A stretch of 64,000 nt of DNA from an uncultured bacterium (GTDB taxonomy: Bacteria; Oederibacteriota; PGYV01; Palsa-1178): contig CALAOR010000057.1 in assembly GCA_937889595.1 (NCBI GenBank), forward strand, positions 7,500 to 71,499, in the 5' to 3' direction. This document shows, one piece after another, positions 37,203-47,279 of this stretch. How positions within the stretch are numbered: position 1 is the stretch's first letter; each line of letters begins with the position of its first letter. The notes beneath the pieces are model-generated. The model did not search any database. It was given only the letters and a program-made list of their open reading frames with translations, and had not been told where the DNA came from. A program made the position numbers and the translations under genes.

Positions 37203-37369
37203 GGATGCTGTCGAAAAACCCCTAAAAACCATCGTTGTGGGCCGAATAATCCTGTCAACACACTTTGTGTGTTGCCGGACTTCGTATTCGGCCCCTACAA
37301 ATATCTGCCTGCATTTGTAGGGGCAGCATATCATGCTGCCCGCCCCTTGCGGGCTTTTCCGACAGTATC
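37203..37369. mobile_element. Variant MITE-like element. Same TIRs (GATGCTGTCGAAAAACCCCTAAAAACC ... CTTTTCCGACAGTATC) but a different internal set of nested palindromes.
   Basis: TIR similarity to the 6324..6496 family. Internal inverted repeats ggccgaata/tattcggcc, caacacac/gtgtgttg, cccctacaaat/atttgtagggg, gggcagcat/atgctgccc. Confidence 0.6.
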
Positions 37370-37426
37370 ATGATATAACGCAAAATAAATAAAAATGTTG
37401 CGGTTATGGATATGTGACAGATTGTC

Positions 37427-39070
37427 CTAGACTTTATACTTGTAAAAAGTCTTTATCGCTTCATATAACGTCAGGTTTGCGTACGGTTCAAAAGGAGCCC
37501 GCAGGGCTTTCATCATGAGCGGGCTATGGAGTATGTATCGGTAATGGGCTGAAAACTTGGAGCCTGTGTGGCCATCGAGTTCATCAGTCGTATAAGGCAG
37601 GTTTAAAACCCAGACTGTGCTTCCTTTTATTTTGTAACCGGATATCAGCGAGTAGGCGTTATTGACAAGGGCTATCCTCTTGCCGTTCTGTATTTCCCTG
37701 CTTATGAATATGTTGTCGTCAAACATCTCTTCCGTTCCCCTGAACGCGATTGTCTCCACCTGCACGTGATCCTCTAATTCTTCAACTTCAAAATATTTTT
37801 TGAGGTTCTTCGCTGCTTCCACGGTTAAGACTATGTTTTTCCTGTTCTTGATCAGAAAAGCAAAAAGCGCCGGGAAGTCTTCCTTGCGGGCTGACTGGGC
37901 CGTGAGTATGACTATCTTTTCTTTTACGTTCCTCTTGTCGGTCATGTACGCCGGTATGCCCGCCATGAGGAAATACTGCGCGAGCAATTCATCGCCGTAA
38001 GTATTGGCTTCCCTTATAATAGGTATGGTGAATATTTTTCCGAAAGAGGACAAACGCCCCATCTTGTCGGTTTTCTCAATGAGCTCTTCCACAAGCGGCC
38101 TCATCAAAGGCTGCGGCATGATACCTGCACAGAATAAAATAATTTCCTGGGCTCCGCCCAGTACCGACTGGAAGGCCTGCTCCGTGTATATTTCCTTATT
38201 GCACTGGTATATGTCAAACCAGGCTTTCTTTACCTTTCCCGGGGCGATCTGTTTTATATACTTAAAGAACATGGACCCGTAAGCCGGCATGAAACGCGCC
38301 TGTTTAAAATCGCGCGTTTCCGTGCCGACTGCTATTTCGTCATATATGGGTATAAGTTTTGTAAGGTCATATCCGCGGTCGTAAAAACGCTCGTACCACT
38401 GCGGGAGCTTAAGTATAATATTTACATTCGGGTTTACTTTCTTGGCCGGTTCTATGATATACTTTTTTGACACGTCAAAGAGAAGCTTTGACCTGTACTC
38501 CTGCCATGTCTTTTTTCCTTTGGCGCGTTTACAGTCAGTACACTCGCAGGCCGTAAAAAACCAGTCGTCTATGATTATCTCGTCAAAGATGCCTGCTGTT
38601 ATTTCAAAAACTTTCTTCATTTTTTTGTTCGCTTCCTTATCGGTAAAGCATCCGGAAGCCGTGGGAAAACCGTTTTTTACCTTGTCGGAAAAGTGCGTGG
38701 TGGTTACAGCGCCTGAAACCTCATATCCCTCTTCTTTAAGCTCGTCCTTCATGGCTTTAATAACCGGGATATCGACGGTATAACCGTCCCGGTATGTTTC
38801 CAGATAAACCTTTTTTATGGACAAAGGCGCAAAGATTTTGATGAATTTCTTGATTATGGGGCCGTAATCGCGCACGTCAAAAGCCGTAAAAAACAGCGCG
38901 TAATAAAAGTTCCTGGGGGATATGGTTTTACCTTTAAAAGGCGTAAAATCGGTTATAAGTGGGTCTTTTGGAACTGATATGGGCCACTTAGCCAGCGGCC
39001 TTAAGTTCTTAGCGGGATAATTCAAGCTTTCAACGAACTCAATCTGTTTTTGCTTGGTCATTTCGGTCAT
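37427..39070 (-). CDS. Hypothetical 547-aa cytoplasmic protein (possibly a glycoside-hydrolase-like TIM-barrel)
   Basis: Long ORF with good coding periodicity and no recognisable motifs. Flanked by MITE copies; neighbours are a GH gene and a FecR-domain gene. Confidence 0.4.
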   Translation of the reverse strand: MTEMTKQKQIEFVESLNYPAKNLRPLAKWPISVPKDPLITDFTPFKGKTISPRNFYYALFFTAFDVRDYGPIIKKFIKIFAPLSIKKVYLETYRDGYTVDIPVIKAMKDELKEEGYEVSGAVTTTHFSDKVKNGFPTASGCFTDKEANKKMKKVFEITAGIFDEIIIDDWFFTACECTDCKRAKGKKTWQEYRSKLLFDVSKKYIIEPAKKVNPNVNIILKLPQWYERFYDRGYDLTKLIPIYDEIAVGTETRDFKQARFMPAYGSMFFKYIKQIAPGKVKKAWFDIYQCNKEIYTEQAFQSVLGGAQEIILFCAGIMPQPLMRPLVEELIEKTDKMGRLSSFGKIFTIPIIREANTYGDELLAQYFLMAGIPAYMTDKRNVKEKIVILTAQSARKEDFPALFAFLIKNRKNIVLTVEAAKNLKKYFEVEELEDHVQVETIAFRGTEEMFDDNIFISREIQNGKRIALVNNAYSLISGYKIKGSTVWVLNLPYTTDELDGHTGSKFSAHYRYILHSPLMMKALRAPFEPYANLTLYEAIKTFYKYKV

Positions 39071-39227
39071 TTAAAACTCCCTTTGCAACAAAACACATTA
39101 TACTACTAATAAATTCATATTACAAGGATAATAAAAACAGCGCAAAAACAGGATATAAAATATGGTTTTTCATGGGCGATATCTCCTAAATTATAACCGG
39201 AAAGTAATAGGCATTATGATACTGTAG

Positions 39228-39374
39228 GAAAACCCTATAAAACCATGAAATTCTTTATCGTGTCCGGTACGGATGAAATTTTTCTATGGCCTGTGCGCCA
39301 CTAAAACCCTTATAATATAAGCGCACAATCCATAGAAAAATTTCATCCGTGCCGGACACGACCTATCATTAAGG
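39228..39374. mobile_element. MITE-like element, near-full copy (left TIR plus both internal palindrome arms; right TIR missing)
   Basis: GATACTGTAGGAAAACCCTATAAAACCATGAAATTC... with the inverted arm CATAGAAAAATTTCATCCGTGCCGGACACG. Confidence 0.7.
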
Positions 39375-39389
39375 CCATATACACTGTCT

Positions 39390-40346
39390 TTATTCTTCGG
39401 GCGTTGCCTTTTCCTGTGTGTCTGCAGACTCTCCGGGTTTCCTTTTCTTAAGGTATTGTTTCAGCCTGGACGTCCTCTGCTGTTTTTTATCTATTGCCTG
39501 CTGTTGTGCTTCCAGGTACGGTTCCTGCTTCATTATCTCGTTCACAAGCGCCTTTTGACCTTCGGGCAGGTTGTTAAACCTTTCCGGGTCCGACTTCATC
39601 ATGGTCCTTAGATTTTCAATCCTTTTTAGCCTTCTTTCCACCTTGAATTTTTGTGCCTTGCCGGAGCGCCTAAGTTCCCTCATGTATTCAATTTTTCCCC
39701 TTAAATCGGATATTTCCTTATAACGTTTTATGAAATTTTTGCCGAGCCTTCTGGCTTTTTCCGGATTTCTTAATACTTTTGTGACTACAGTTTCCTCGTT
39801 CCTGTTCAGCACGATTTTATGAAGCACGTTTCCGCTCATGTCAAGGCCCGATACTTCCACGGCCCCGTCGTATACCCCGACTGTATCTTCGCCCGTCGTA
39901 TCAACAATAAATTCGGTGCCCTTTACCGCTGCCATAGCCATCTTTGTTTTGACCGTGAATCCCTCTTTTTCAAAAAGTTTCTTTACTATCGCGATGACCT
40001 TGCCCTTAAAAAGTTCCACGATTGTCTCGTTTTTACCGCGTCTGTCCAGGCTTTTGATGTTAAGTTTGCTGTTTGGGTCGAGTTTTAGGATGGTTGAATC
40101 GTCAAAAACGACTTCAATCCTGCTGTCGGTTTCTGTCGATACCGTATCCCCTTCATATAAAGGTATATACAGGTCCTGTATTGCTTCGCCTATGTCCGTG
40201 CCGTTTCGCCTGACTTCGCACTCGCCCTCAAAATCATTCACATAAGCTATGGAATAATCTGTGTTGGACTTTGATTTAACGCCGGCATTTGAAGCCGGTA
40301 TTACAATCAGCATGAGAAGACAGGCAAACCAAAATTTTTTAATCAT
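39390..40346 (-). CDS. Secreted FecR-domain protein with a C-terminal basic coiled-coil tail
   Basis: Signal peptide (MIKKFWFACLLMLIVIPASNA). FecR-like beta-sandwich motif (GDTVSTETDSRIEVVFDDSTILKLDPNSKLNI...AVKGTEFIV). Confidence 0.65.
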   Translation of the reverse strand: MIKKFWFACLLMLIVIPASNAGVKSKSNTDYSIAYVNDFEGECEVRRNGTDIGEAIQDLYIPLYEGDTVSTETDSRIEVVFDDSTILKLDPNSKLNIKSLDRRGKNETIVELFKGKVIAIVKKLFEKEGFTVKTKMAMAAVKGTEFIVDTTGEDTVGVYDGAVEVSGLDMSGNVLHKIVLNRNEETVVTKVLRNPEKARRLGKNFIKRYKEISDLRGKIEYMRELRRSGKAQKFKVERRLKRIENLRTMMKSDPERFNNLPEGQKALVNEIMKQEPYLEAQQQAIDKKQQRTSRLKQYLKKRKPGESADTQEKATPEE

Positions 40347-40419
40347 ATTTACCTCCGGTTTTATATTTATTGTTAAACGCGTGCACAGGCTGTTAAGTTT
40401 CAATTTTCAGCTGCTTTTA

Positions 40420-41811
40420 TCACACATTTATCAGTGTGATACGTCCTTCTATATTCCTGCCTGAATGATAATCCACATAAACAAGGTTCTTTAAATTTTT
40501 GAATTTCTTCTTAAGGTATATCCCCGCCTTTCCCGCGTCAGGATCGTCGATTAATACCGGATATATACCGTGGTAAATTGCCATCTGATAATATAAGTCC
40601 CTGTTCCCGGTGACGGCTATAACCGGCCTGTCGGTTCTGTATTCGGATATGTAGGTTATATCATGAAGTTCCGTTGTTTTTACCGCGATCTCGCAGTTTT
40701 TCAGCGCTGACGGCACGGATGCCGCCGCGAACGACAACGCGTTTGCGCCATTGTTCCCGGATTTTATCGCGCTAAAAACCGCCTTGCCGTTCTTTATCAT
40801 GTCTGTTTCGGCTTTTTTTATTATTTCACCCATTGTCCTGACGGTTTTCACGGGATATTTTCCCACTGCTGTCTCTCCTGAGAGCATGAGCGTATCAGCA
40901 CTGTCTAAGACAGCGTTATATACATCAGTCACTTCCGCCCTCTCGGGATAGGGATTATTTGTCATGGACTCCAGCATCTGGGTTGCCACTATGACGAGCT
41001 TGCCCATATCATTGGCTTTTTTTATCATTCTTTTCTGCATTTCAGGGACGTTCATGTATCCCGCTTCCACGGAGAGATCGCCGCGCGCCACCATGATGCC
41101 ATCCGAGGCCCTTAGGATGGAATCTATATTTTTAACAGCCTCGGGTTTTTCTATTTTTGCTATTATAAGCGGCGCGCACAGTTTTTGTTTTGATATAATT
41201 TTTTTAAGGGCTGTTATGTCGTCCGCCGAGCGGACAAAGGACAGACACACTATATCAATCCTGTTTTTCAGTCCGTACTTAAGGTTTTCAATATCATGCT
41301 TTGTAAGCGGGCCAAACGGCAATTTTGCGCCGGGAAGGTTCACGCCTTTTCTTCCGGCTATGTCGCCGCCGTTTGTCACCGAACATAATATCTCAGTTCC
41401 TTTTATTTCCCTTACCTTGAGTTCCACAAGCCCGTCATTGATCATTATTTTTTGCCCGGCTTTTATGTATTTATAAAGATTTTTTATGTCTATTGATATT
41501 GCCTTATTGTTTTCATCAGCCACTCCGGCTTTGCTGCGGATAGTGATGGTCTCACCTCTTTTAACAGTCACCGGCTTTTCCATACTAACAGTCCTTATTT
41601 TTGGCCCCTGAAGGTCCTGAAGAATGGCTACAGCCTCGCCGCATCTGTCCCTGGCTTTTTTCACATTTTTCAGCAGGGTGTCAAAGAAGATCCTTTCACC
41701 GTGCGAGAAATTGAGGCGGAAAACGTTTACACCCGCCTTTATAAGGGCTGTTATTTCCGGATAACCCGATGTCGCCGGCCCGAGTGTGGCTATGATCTTT
41801 GTTTTTTTCAT
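40420..41811 (-). CDS. pyk: Pyruvate kinase
   Basis: N-terminus KIIATLGPAT; PK barrel and C-terminal domains are conserved. Confidence 0.95.
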   Translation of the reverse strand: MKKTKIIATLGPATSGYPEITALIKAGVNVFRLNFSHGERIFFDTLLKNVKKARDRCGEAVAILQDLQGPKIRTVSMEKPVTVKRGETITIRSKAGVADENNKAISIDIKNLYKYIKAGQKIMINDGLVELKVREIKGTEILCSVTNGGDIAGRKGVNLPGAKLPFGPLTKHDIENLKYGLKNRIDIVCLSFVRSADDITALKKIISKQKLCAPLIIAKIEKPEAVKNIDSILRASDGIMVARGDLSVEAGYMNVPEMQKRMIKKANDMGKLVIVATQMLESMTNNPYPERAEVTDVYNAVLDSADTLMLSGETAVGKYPVKTVRTMGEIIKKAETDMIKNGKAVFSAIKSGNNGANALSFAAASVPSALKNCEIAVKTTELHDITYISEYRTDRPVIAVTGNRDLYYQMAIYHGIYPVLIDDPDAGKAGIYLKKKFKNLKNLVYVDYHSGRNIEGRITLINV

Positions 41812-41832
41812 TTAGAAAACTCCCATATCCGT

Positions 41833-42153
41833 CTATCTTTTGGTTTCTTTTTCTATCCATTCCAGGTAGGCATCATTGCCTTCATTTATTTCAACAGAAA
41901 TAATTTCCGGGACTTCGTAAGGATGTATTTTTTTAACTTCCGCTATGATTCTCTTTACAAGGGATTTTTTTGTTTTGACTAAGAGCAGAATTTCGCGTGA
42001 TTTTTCAATCCTGCCTTTCCACCAATATTGGGAATTAACCTCCGGGATTTCATTAACGCAGGCGGCAAGCCTTTTACCCAAAAGCGACTTTATGACCGCC
42101 AGGGATGTTTTTTTTGACCCAACTGTAATAAATACAATGACTTTTCCAGTCAT
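41833..42153 (-). CDS. cutA: Divalent-cation tolerance protein CutA
   Basis: CutA1 family length and motifs (AACVN, W.G.IE). Confidence 0.85.
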   Translation of the reverse strand: MTGKVIVFITVGSKKTSLAVIKSLLGKRLAACVNEIPEVNSQYWWKGRIEKSREILLLVKTKKSLVKRIIAEVKKIHPYEVPEIISVEINEGNDAYLEWIEKETKR

Positions 42154-42217
42154 ATTTTCTCCTGAAAGTTTATATGGTAATTATATCACAAAACCGGTCA
42201 AAGGTCTTGTTTTGAGC

Positions 42218-42275
42218 AAAAAAAAACAGGCACACCCTGCGCTATGGCCCGTAAAGCTACGGCCCGGTGTGCCTG
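42218..42275 (-). terminator. Rho-independent terminator downstream of the small secreted protein gene 42297..42551
   Basis: Stem caggcacacc/ggtgtgcctg enclosing an inner stem, followed on the minus strand by T9. Confidence 0.75.
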
Positions 42276-42296
42276 TTTGGAATATCTTAAATTATA

Positions 42297-42551
42297 TTAC
42301 TTTTTTTCTGTTGTTAATGCTGTTGCTACTGCTGTTACTGATGTTGCTTCTGCCGACACTGCTGTTGCTACAGCTTTTGCTTTTTTTGCTTTTCTTGCTT
42401 TTTTTGCCTTAATTGCCTTTGCTGTCGTCGTTGTTTCCTCCGGTGCCGCTGTTACTGTCGATGCCTCGGGTGCCGCTGCTTTTTCATTTGCTGCGAATAA
42501 CATTGTTGAAGCCAGTGCCAGTGCCATTACGATTGCTACGAACTTTTTCAT
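42297..42551 (-). CDS. Small secreted Lys/Ala/Thr-rich basic protein (paralogue 1 of 3)
   Basis: Signal peptide MKKFVAIVMALALASTMLFA, then A/T/K low-complexity (AKAIKAKKARKAKKAKA). AGGAGG RBS and its own terminator. Confidence 0.7.
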   Translation of the reverse strand: MKKFVAIVMALALASTMLFAANEKAAAPEASTVTAAPEETTTTAKAIKAKKARKAKKAKAVATAVSAEATSVTAVATALTTEKK

Positions 42552-42787
42552 TTTGTTGCCTCCTGAGTTTTTTTGTATTTCTATTGCGCAGTTTCCGGTT
42601 TTCTTTTACTTCGCTTTTAAGCATCCGGCGTTTTTTACAGCCTGAACTTTCAGCCGGCTGACTTATGATTGCATGTATATTTTTTTAACCAACTGTAAAA
42701 ATAAAATGACTGTTCCACTCGTATTTTCTTTTGATTATTTGATCGGTAATTATACCATAAAAAAATAATTTGAAAACATATTTTTTA

Positions 42788-42845
42788 AGAAAAAAGCAGG
42801 CACACCCTGCGCTATGGCCCGTATTGCTACGGCCCGGTGTGCCTG
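42788..42845 (-). terminator. Rho-independent terminator downstream of 42868..43080 (duplicated copy of the 42218..42275 terminator)
   Basis: Same stem caggcacacc/ggtgtgcctg followed by a T-tract on the minus strand. Confidence 0.7.
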
Positions 42846-42867
42846 CTTAGGATATCTTAAAGTTTAA

Positions 42868-43080
42868 TTACTTTGCTACTGCTGTTGCTTCTACTACTGC
42901 TGTTGCTACCGCTGCTGCCGCTGCTTTTACTTTTTTTGCTTTTTTTACTTTTTTTGCCTTGATTACTTTTGCTGTTGTCGTTGTTGCCTCTGGTGCCGCT
43001 GATGCTGTTGTTGCTTCTACTGCGAATAACATTGTTGAAGCCAGTGCCAGTGCCATTACGATTGCTACGAACTTTTTCAT
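42868..43080 (-). CDS. Small secreted Lys/Ala/Thr-rich basic protein (paralogue 2)
   Basis: Signal peptide identical to paralogue 1. The upstream 50 bp, including the AGGAGG RBS, is identical. Confidence 0.7.
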   Translation of the reverse strand: MKKFVAIVMALALASTMLFAVEATTASAAPEATTTTAKVIKAKKVKKAKKVKAAAAAVATAVVEATAVAK

Positions 43081-43135
43081 TTTGTTGCCTCCTGAGTTTT
43101 TTGTATTTCTATTGCGCAGTTTTTTTTAATTGCTT

Positions 43136-43348
43136 TTACTTTGTTGCCGACGGCGTTTTTACCGCTACTGCCTTCTTTTTTGCTTTTTTCACTTTCTTGG
43201 ACTTTACAATCTTTGCTTTTGAAACGGCCGGAGCTGATGCGGTTGTCGTGGTTGTTCCTACGGCTTTTACCGCTGGTTTGGTCTGAGCGGCAAGGAGCAT
43301 AGTGGAAGCTAAAACAAGTGCCAGTACTGTTGCGATTAATTTTTTCAT
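43136..43348 (-). CDS. Small secreted Lys/Ala/Thr-rich basic protein (paralogue 3, more diverged)
   Basis: Signal peptide MKKLIATVLALVLASTMLLA and a KAKIVKSKKVKKAKKKAVAV tail. Confidence 0.65.
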   Translation of the reverse strand: MKKLIATVLALVLASTMLLAAQTKPAVKAVGTTTTTASAPAVSKAKIVKSKKVKKAKKKAVAVKTPSATK

Positions 43349-43442
43349 GGTATAACCTCCGTTAGTTTTTTAATTTCAGGCATTAAATATGCCTATAATT
43401 AGACTTAGTTAGGGGAAAATAGGGATATAAAACAGAGGTTGT

Positions 43443-43814
43443 TTATTTACGCGTTTTGAGGGTGGTAAGGTTTGCCTTAACTTTATAAACATCTACATTA
43501 TTATTGCCAAGCCTGAAATACTCTGATCCGGATTCCGCAATAAAAATTGAGCCGTGAATTAATGGACAATTCACAAGTTCATCCTTATTTTCCTCTTCTG
43601 CGGCGAAAGAAGACAGAATTTTTGACTTTGCGTTGTTTTTATGGCTGTGTTTTTTGTGTATTATCTGTTTGTGCCCGGTAATCACGATATTATCGGTGGA
43701 TATTCCGGTAAAACTTACGGTTTTACCAAGATCAAAAATCGATTCAGGCTGTATTTGCGCGTAGACAGCTGTGATCATTGCAAGTAACGCGGCTATGATT
43801 ATCAGCTTTTTCAC
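43443..43814 (-). CDS. Small secreted hypothetical protein
   Basis: Signal peptide MKKLIIIAALLAMITAVYA; His/Lys-rich middle segment. Confidence 0.5.
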   Translation of the reverse strand: MKKLIIIAALLAMITAVYAQIQPESIFDLGKTVSFTGISTDNIVITGHKQIIHKKHSHKNNAKSKILSSFAAEEENKDELVNCPLIHGSIFIAESGSEYFRLGNNNVDVYKVKANLTTLKTRK

Positions 43815-43948
43815 AATACGCCTCCTGAAGTTTTATTTTTTTTAATTGCTGTTAATTAGACGTCCTACAACGCCTAAAAGTTCCAACACCAAATTTAATT
43901 ATAAATTTATACCATAAAACCCAACTTCATGCAATATTAATCTTTTCT

Positions 43949-44233
43949 CCCGAAAAACGCTTAGACCTGATGCAAAACCACTACAATCCCACGAAATACC
44001 CTGTTTATACTTCTCCACGTAACGCCAAACGGGTGAGTCCTGCAAAACCTTGTGATGCACGAATAAAGTAATGTATTTTATCCGGAAATCCTCTGCTGCC
44101 ACATCATATAAACCTATCATATGCAGCGTCCATCAAAGCTTAAGTTTGCGAAGATGGATAATGCACGCATAAGTTACACGCCTTTGTTATTAGTGTAACT
44201 TATGCATACCATACTCCAATGCGATTTCCAGGG
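43949..44233. repeat. Repeat family B, copy 2 (carries an approximately 70-bp internal insertion relative to copy 1)
   Basis: Aligns with 28893..29110, including the nested hairpin gcataagttacacg...cgtgtaacttatgc and the outer ggaaatc/gatttcc stem. Confidence 0.65.
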
Positions 44234-44243
44234 TTTCTTAGAA

Positions 44244-45647
44244 CTATCCGGCAACCACCCTGTCCCTGCCCCTTTTTTTGGCCTTATATACGTTGTCATC
44301 CGCGGTCTTTATCATTTTTTTAAAGCTTTCCAGCCCCTTCTTCGTGGATGCCAGGCCTATAGACATGGTGACTTTTATGGTTTTGTTCTTATAGCGGACG
44401 GATTCCTTTTTGACCGCTTTTCTGATCTTCTCGGCTTTAGACAGGGCCTCATCATCTGTTTTGTCGCGCAGGAACACTATTATTTCCTCGCCTCCGTACC
44501 TGCACACCACCCCCTCGGGCAGTGATGTGTCGCGTATGATCTGCGCGATGCGGAATAAAACCTCGTCTCCAGCAGCGTGCCCGTATGTGTCATTGACATC
44601 CTTGAAGTGGTCTATATCGCACATGAGTACCGAAAAATTACTGCCTAATCTCACGTCTTCCTCGCCTGAAATAATCGAATCCATATGCTGGCGGTTGTAA
44701 ATTTTTAAAAGGGGGTCATAGTGGGCCTTGTGGTGCAGGCAGCTCATCCAGTGCACAAATATCCCTATTATAATGATTATTGCCATGACAGGCAGCATGA
44801 GCTTGAATTTATAATACCCGACGCCGTTGGGGTTTAAAATAAGCGGTATAAGCAGATAAAAGTTCAGCGAAGCCAGCGCCATGATTATGGAGCCGTAATT
44901 GTGTTCCTCTTCTATGTTAAAAACCGACAGTACGGCCATTGCGATAAACATGATGAAATTAACAGGCAAGGCGTAATGGTTGAACATATCCACAAAATCG
45001 CCAGCGAATTTTATAAAACCGGTTTTTGTTGTCCTGTCCAGAAAATAATTCCCTTCTATAAGAACGAACACAAAAAAACAAACCGCCATATTTATGAAAA
45101 AAACCGTCAGGGCTATGTTCTTGCCTTTATTATAGTTCATGGTTGACTGGACCAGCACCGTGGCGAGAAAATTCAGGCTTAAAACGCTTATAAGGAATTT
45201 CAGCGTAAAACGCGAAGCATCCCGCCAGAAATCCACCTTAAAATCCCCGATACCTATGCTGCTGCCTGTTGTGTTTGAAACTATAAGATAGCATATAAAA
45301 AACGCGAGCAGGGCGTAGGCGGACAGCAGTATTTTGAACTTGTATATCTTGGGATATGATATGATGGCGATTAAAAACATGAACGCGGACAAAAAAATGA
45401 GTACTATATTATAAGCTGGCCTTACTATGTCGTTTTTCATAAAGTCCACAATACTGCCTGAAGCCATGCCAAATGAAAGTTCAAACAGCGCTATGATGAT
45501 TATAGCGGCCGCTACAAACCCGATCCTGTACCTTTTCATAAAAAGCGTAAACCCAGGGCTTAAAACCTTCATATGTGAAATCACCTCGATTTTGTTGATT
45601 ACATATATTATCAGAAGTGAAAGATGTTGTAAAGACCGGAAAATCAT
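44244..45647 (-). CDS. Integral-membrane GGDEF-domain diguanylate cyclase
   Basis: About 8 predicted TM helices, then GGDEF with active-site GGEEI and an RxxD-like I-site context. Confidence 0.85.
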   Translation of the reverse strand: MIFRSLQHLSLLIIYVINKIEVISHMKVLSPGFTLFMKRYRIGFVAAAIIIIALFELSFGMASGSIVDFMKNDIVRPAYNIVLIFLSAFMFLIAIISYPKIYKFKILLSAYALLAFFICYLIVSNTTGSSIGIGDFKVDFWRDASRFTLKFLISVLSLNFLATVLVQSTMNYNKGKNIALTVFFINMAVCFFVFVLIEGNYFLDRTTKTGFIKFAGDFVDMFNHYALPVNFIMFIAMAVLSVFNIEEEHNYGSIIMALASLNFYLLIPLILNPNGVGYYKFKLMLPVMAIIIIIGIFVHWMSCLHHKAHYDPLLKIYNRQHMDSIISGEEDVRLGSNFSVLMCDIDHFKDVNDTYGHAAGDEVLFRIAQIIRDTSLPEGVVCRYGGEEIIVFLRDKTDDEALSKAEKIRKAVKKESVRYKNKTIKVTMSIGLASTKKGLESFKKMIKTADDNVYKAKKRGRDRVVAG

Positions 45648-45676
45648 CCATCAGACGGCTTGTTTACACACCTCTT

Positions 45677-46864
45677 CTATGCGTGTTTTCCCGGCGTCAT
45701 CGCGGCTTTTCCGTCTCCGAGCAATACAATTAAACCAAAAACCCATATTACCAGCATTGCCATCAGGTAATAATACCCGCACAGGAGCTGTGGGGAAAAA
45801 AAACAAATCATATTTACTGAAAACAATACCAGTGCAAGCATGGAAAATTTTGATTTCAACGCCTGAATGGTGAAATAATACGCGACCGGCAGCAGCAATA
45901 TAAACGAATAATCCTTCATCCTCGGCACTATGAGCGCATAAGTCAATAATATGAAATAAATCCTTCCCAAAATATTATTATCTTTATTCCTGTTGACTGC
46001 AAAAACCGCGGCAGCAATGCAAAAAACCGCCCAGGCAATATAAACAGCCGCTGAAATGAATGTAATCCCGCCGCTTGCACCCGATCCCGCAAAAAAATCC
46101 CTGATGAACATAAAAGAAGAAGGATTGATTGCTCCTCCGCTCTCGCCTATCGGGCTGTTATTGATAAAATTAGGATACAGAGCCGGCATTAAGAGATACA
46201 AGACCGCCTGAATAAAGGCAAAAACAGCAAAAGACGCCGCAAGCCTTCGCAGGTTTTTCCATCCCCCTTCTGCGAGATAGGCAAAAAGGATCAAAATAGG
46301 CCAGAATTTCACCATAGATGCGGCTATTATGAAAGCGGAGAACGCCGCATGTTTTTTTTGAGTGAAGAAATACAGGCCTGTCCAGATAAGGAACTGCTCT
46401 ATTATGGATATATTGCCGACCTTTAGATCTATGTAAACCGCCGAGTGAAAACCGGCTATGAAAAAAATCATGAAAATCATCCCGCTTTTTTCTTTTATAA
46501 AAAACTTTTGCCATATATAAAAAAGGCCCATAAGCAGTATGATTTTCAGCCACAGATATATAGCGCAGGCAGTGTCATAATCAAACTCGACCAGCGGTCT
46601 GAAAATATATATGGAATAAGGCGCATACCGGTAAATAGTTTTAAGATCAAAGCCTGCTTCCCGGTTAATTGAGGCGCCTGAATAAGGGTTCAATCCGTCC
46701 TTAAACGCTTTTGCAGTGTAATAGTATATTTTGAAGTCATCCAGGGATTTGGTGCGGCGGTTTGAGTAAATACCCGCTGCCATATATAGAACAGCCAAAG
46801 CCGCGATTACATAAACGGCTATCCGGGTTGTTTTTTCATCCGGTAAAAACTTCTTTATATCCAA
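45677..46864 (-). CDS. Polytopic membrane glycosyltransferase, DUF2029/GT87-like (GT-C fold, polyprenyl-phosphate-sugar dependent)
   Basis: Ten or more TM helices, an N-terminal cytoplasmic-face loop with Asp/Glu, and the overall topology of GT-C mannosyl/arabinosyltransferases. Confidence 0.55.
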   Translation of the reverse strand: MDIKKFLPDEKTTRIAVYVIAALAVLYMAAGIYSNRRTKSLDDFKIYYYTAKAFKDGLNPYSGASINREAGFDLKTIYRYAPYSIYIFRPLVEFDYDTACAIYLWLKIILLMGLFYIWQKFFIKEKSGMIFMIFFIAGFHSAVYIDLKVGNISIIEQFLIWTGLYFFTQKKHAAFSAFIIAASMVKFWPILILFAYLAEGGWKNLRRLAASFAVFAFIQAVLYLLMPALYPNFINNSPIGESGGAINPSSFMFIRDFFAGSGASGGITFISAAVYIAWAVFCIAAAVFAVNRNKDNNILGRIYFILLTYALIVPRMKDYSFILLLPVAYYFTIQALKSKFSMLALVLFSVNMICFFSPQLLCGYYYLMAMLVIWVFGLIVLLGDGKAAMTPGKHA

Positions 46865-47214
46865 AAAATCCTCCGCTTCATATTTTAATCCGGTAATCCG
46901 GGTATTTATTACAGTCCGGTATCCATCAAATCAAAACCAACCCGCTTGTTTTCGTCATTAATTGTACCCCAAAAAAAAATTAAATAAAGAAAATTTTTAT
47001 TCATTTATGGGAAAAATATCAGAGACTATCGGAAAACCCTCTATATTATGACTAATTTTCTTTAGTGTCCGTCAGAGGTCAGTTTTATTTATGGCCTCAA
47101 AGCTATACCTGACAACTCCTCCACCTTGCTTCCCGGTAAAGCTCCGGCTTATTGTCTCTAACACCCAAACACTGACCATCCACCTGTCTTTTTACCCAAA
47201 AACTCCTTTAATTC

Positions 47215-47243
47215 TTGACATACCCCATAATCCTTGTTAAAAT
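47215..47243 (+). promoter_or_regulatory. Sigma-70-type promoter: TTGACA - 17 bp - TAAAAT, upstream of the lipoprotein/UbiA/FruK-like operon
   Basis: Perfect -35 hexamer, 17-nt spacer and an AT-rich -10. GGAGGA RBS 5 nt before the TTG start at 47280. Confidence 0.55.
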
Positions 47244-47279
47244 AATCTGATTTTATTACTTAATTTATGGAGGAAAACT

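Noticed and set aside
43899-44120. 73-aa minus-strand ORF
   Set aside because: It lies entirely within repeat family B copy 2, spans that copy's insertion, and is absent from copy 1. It is probably non-coding.
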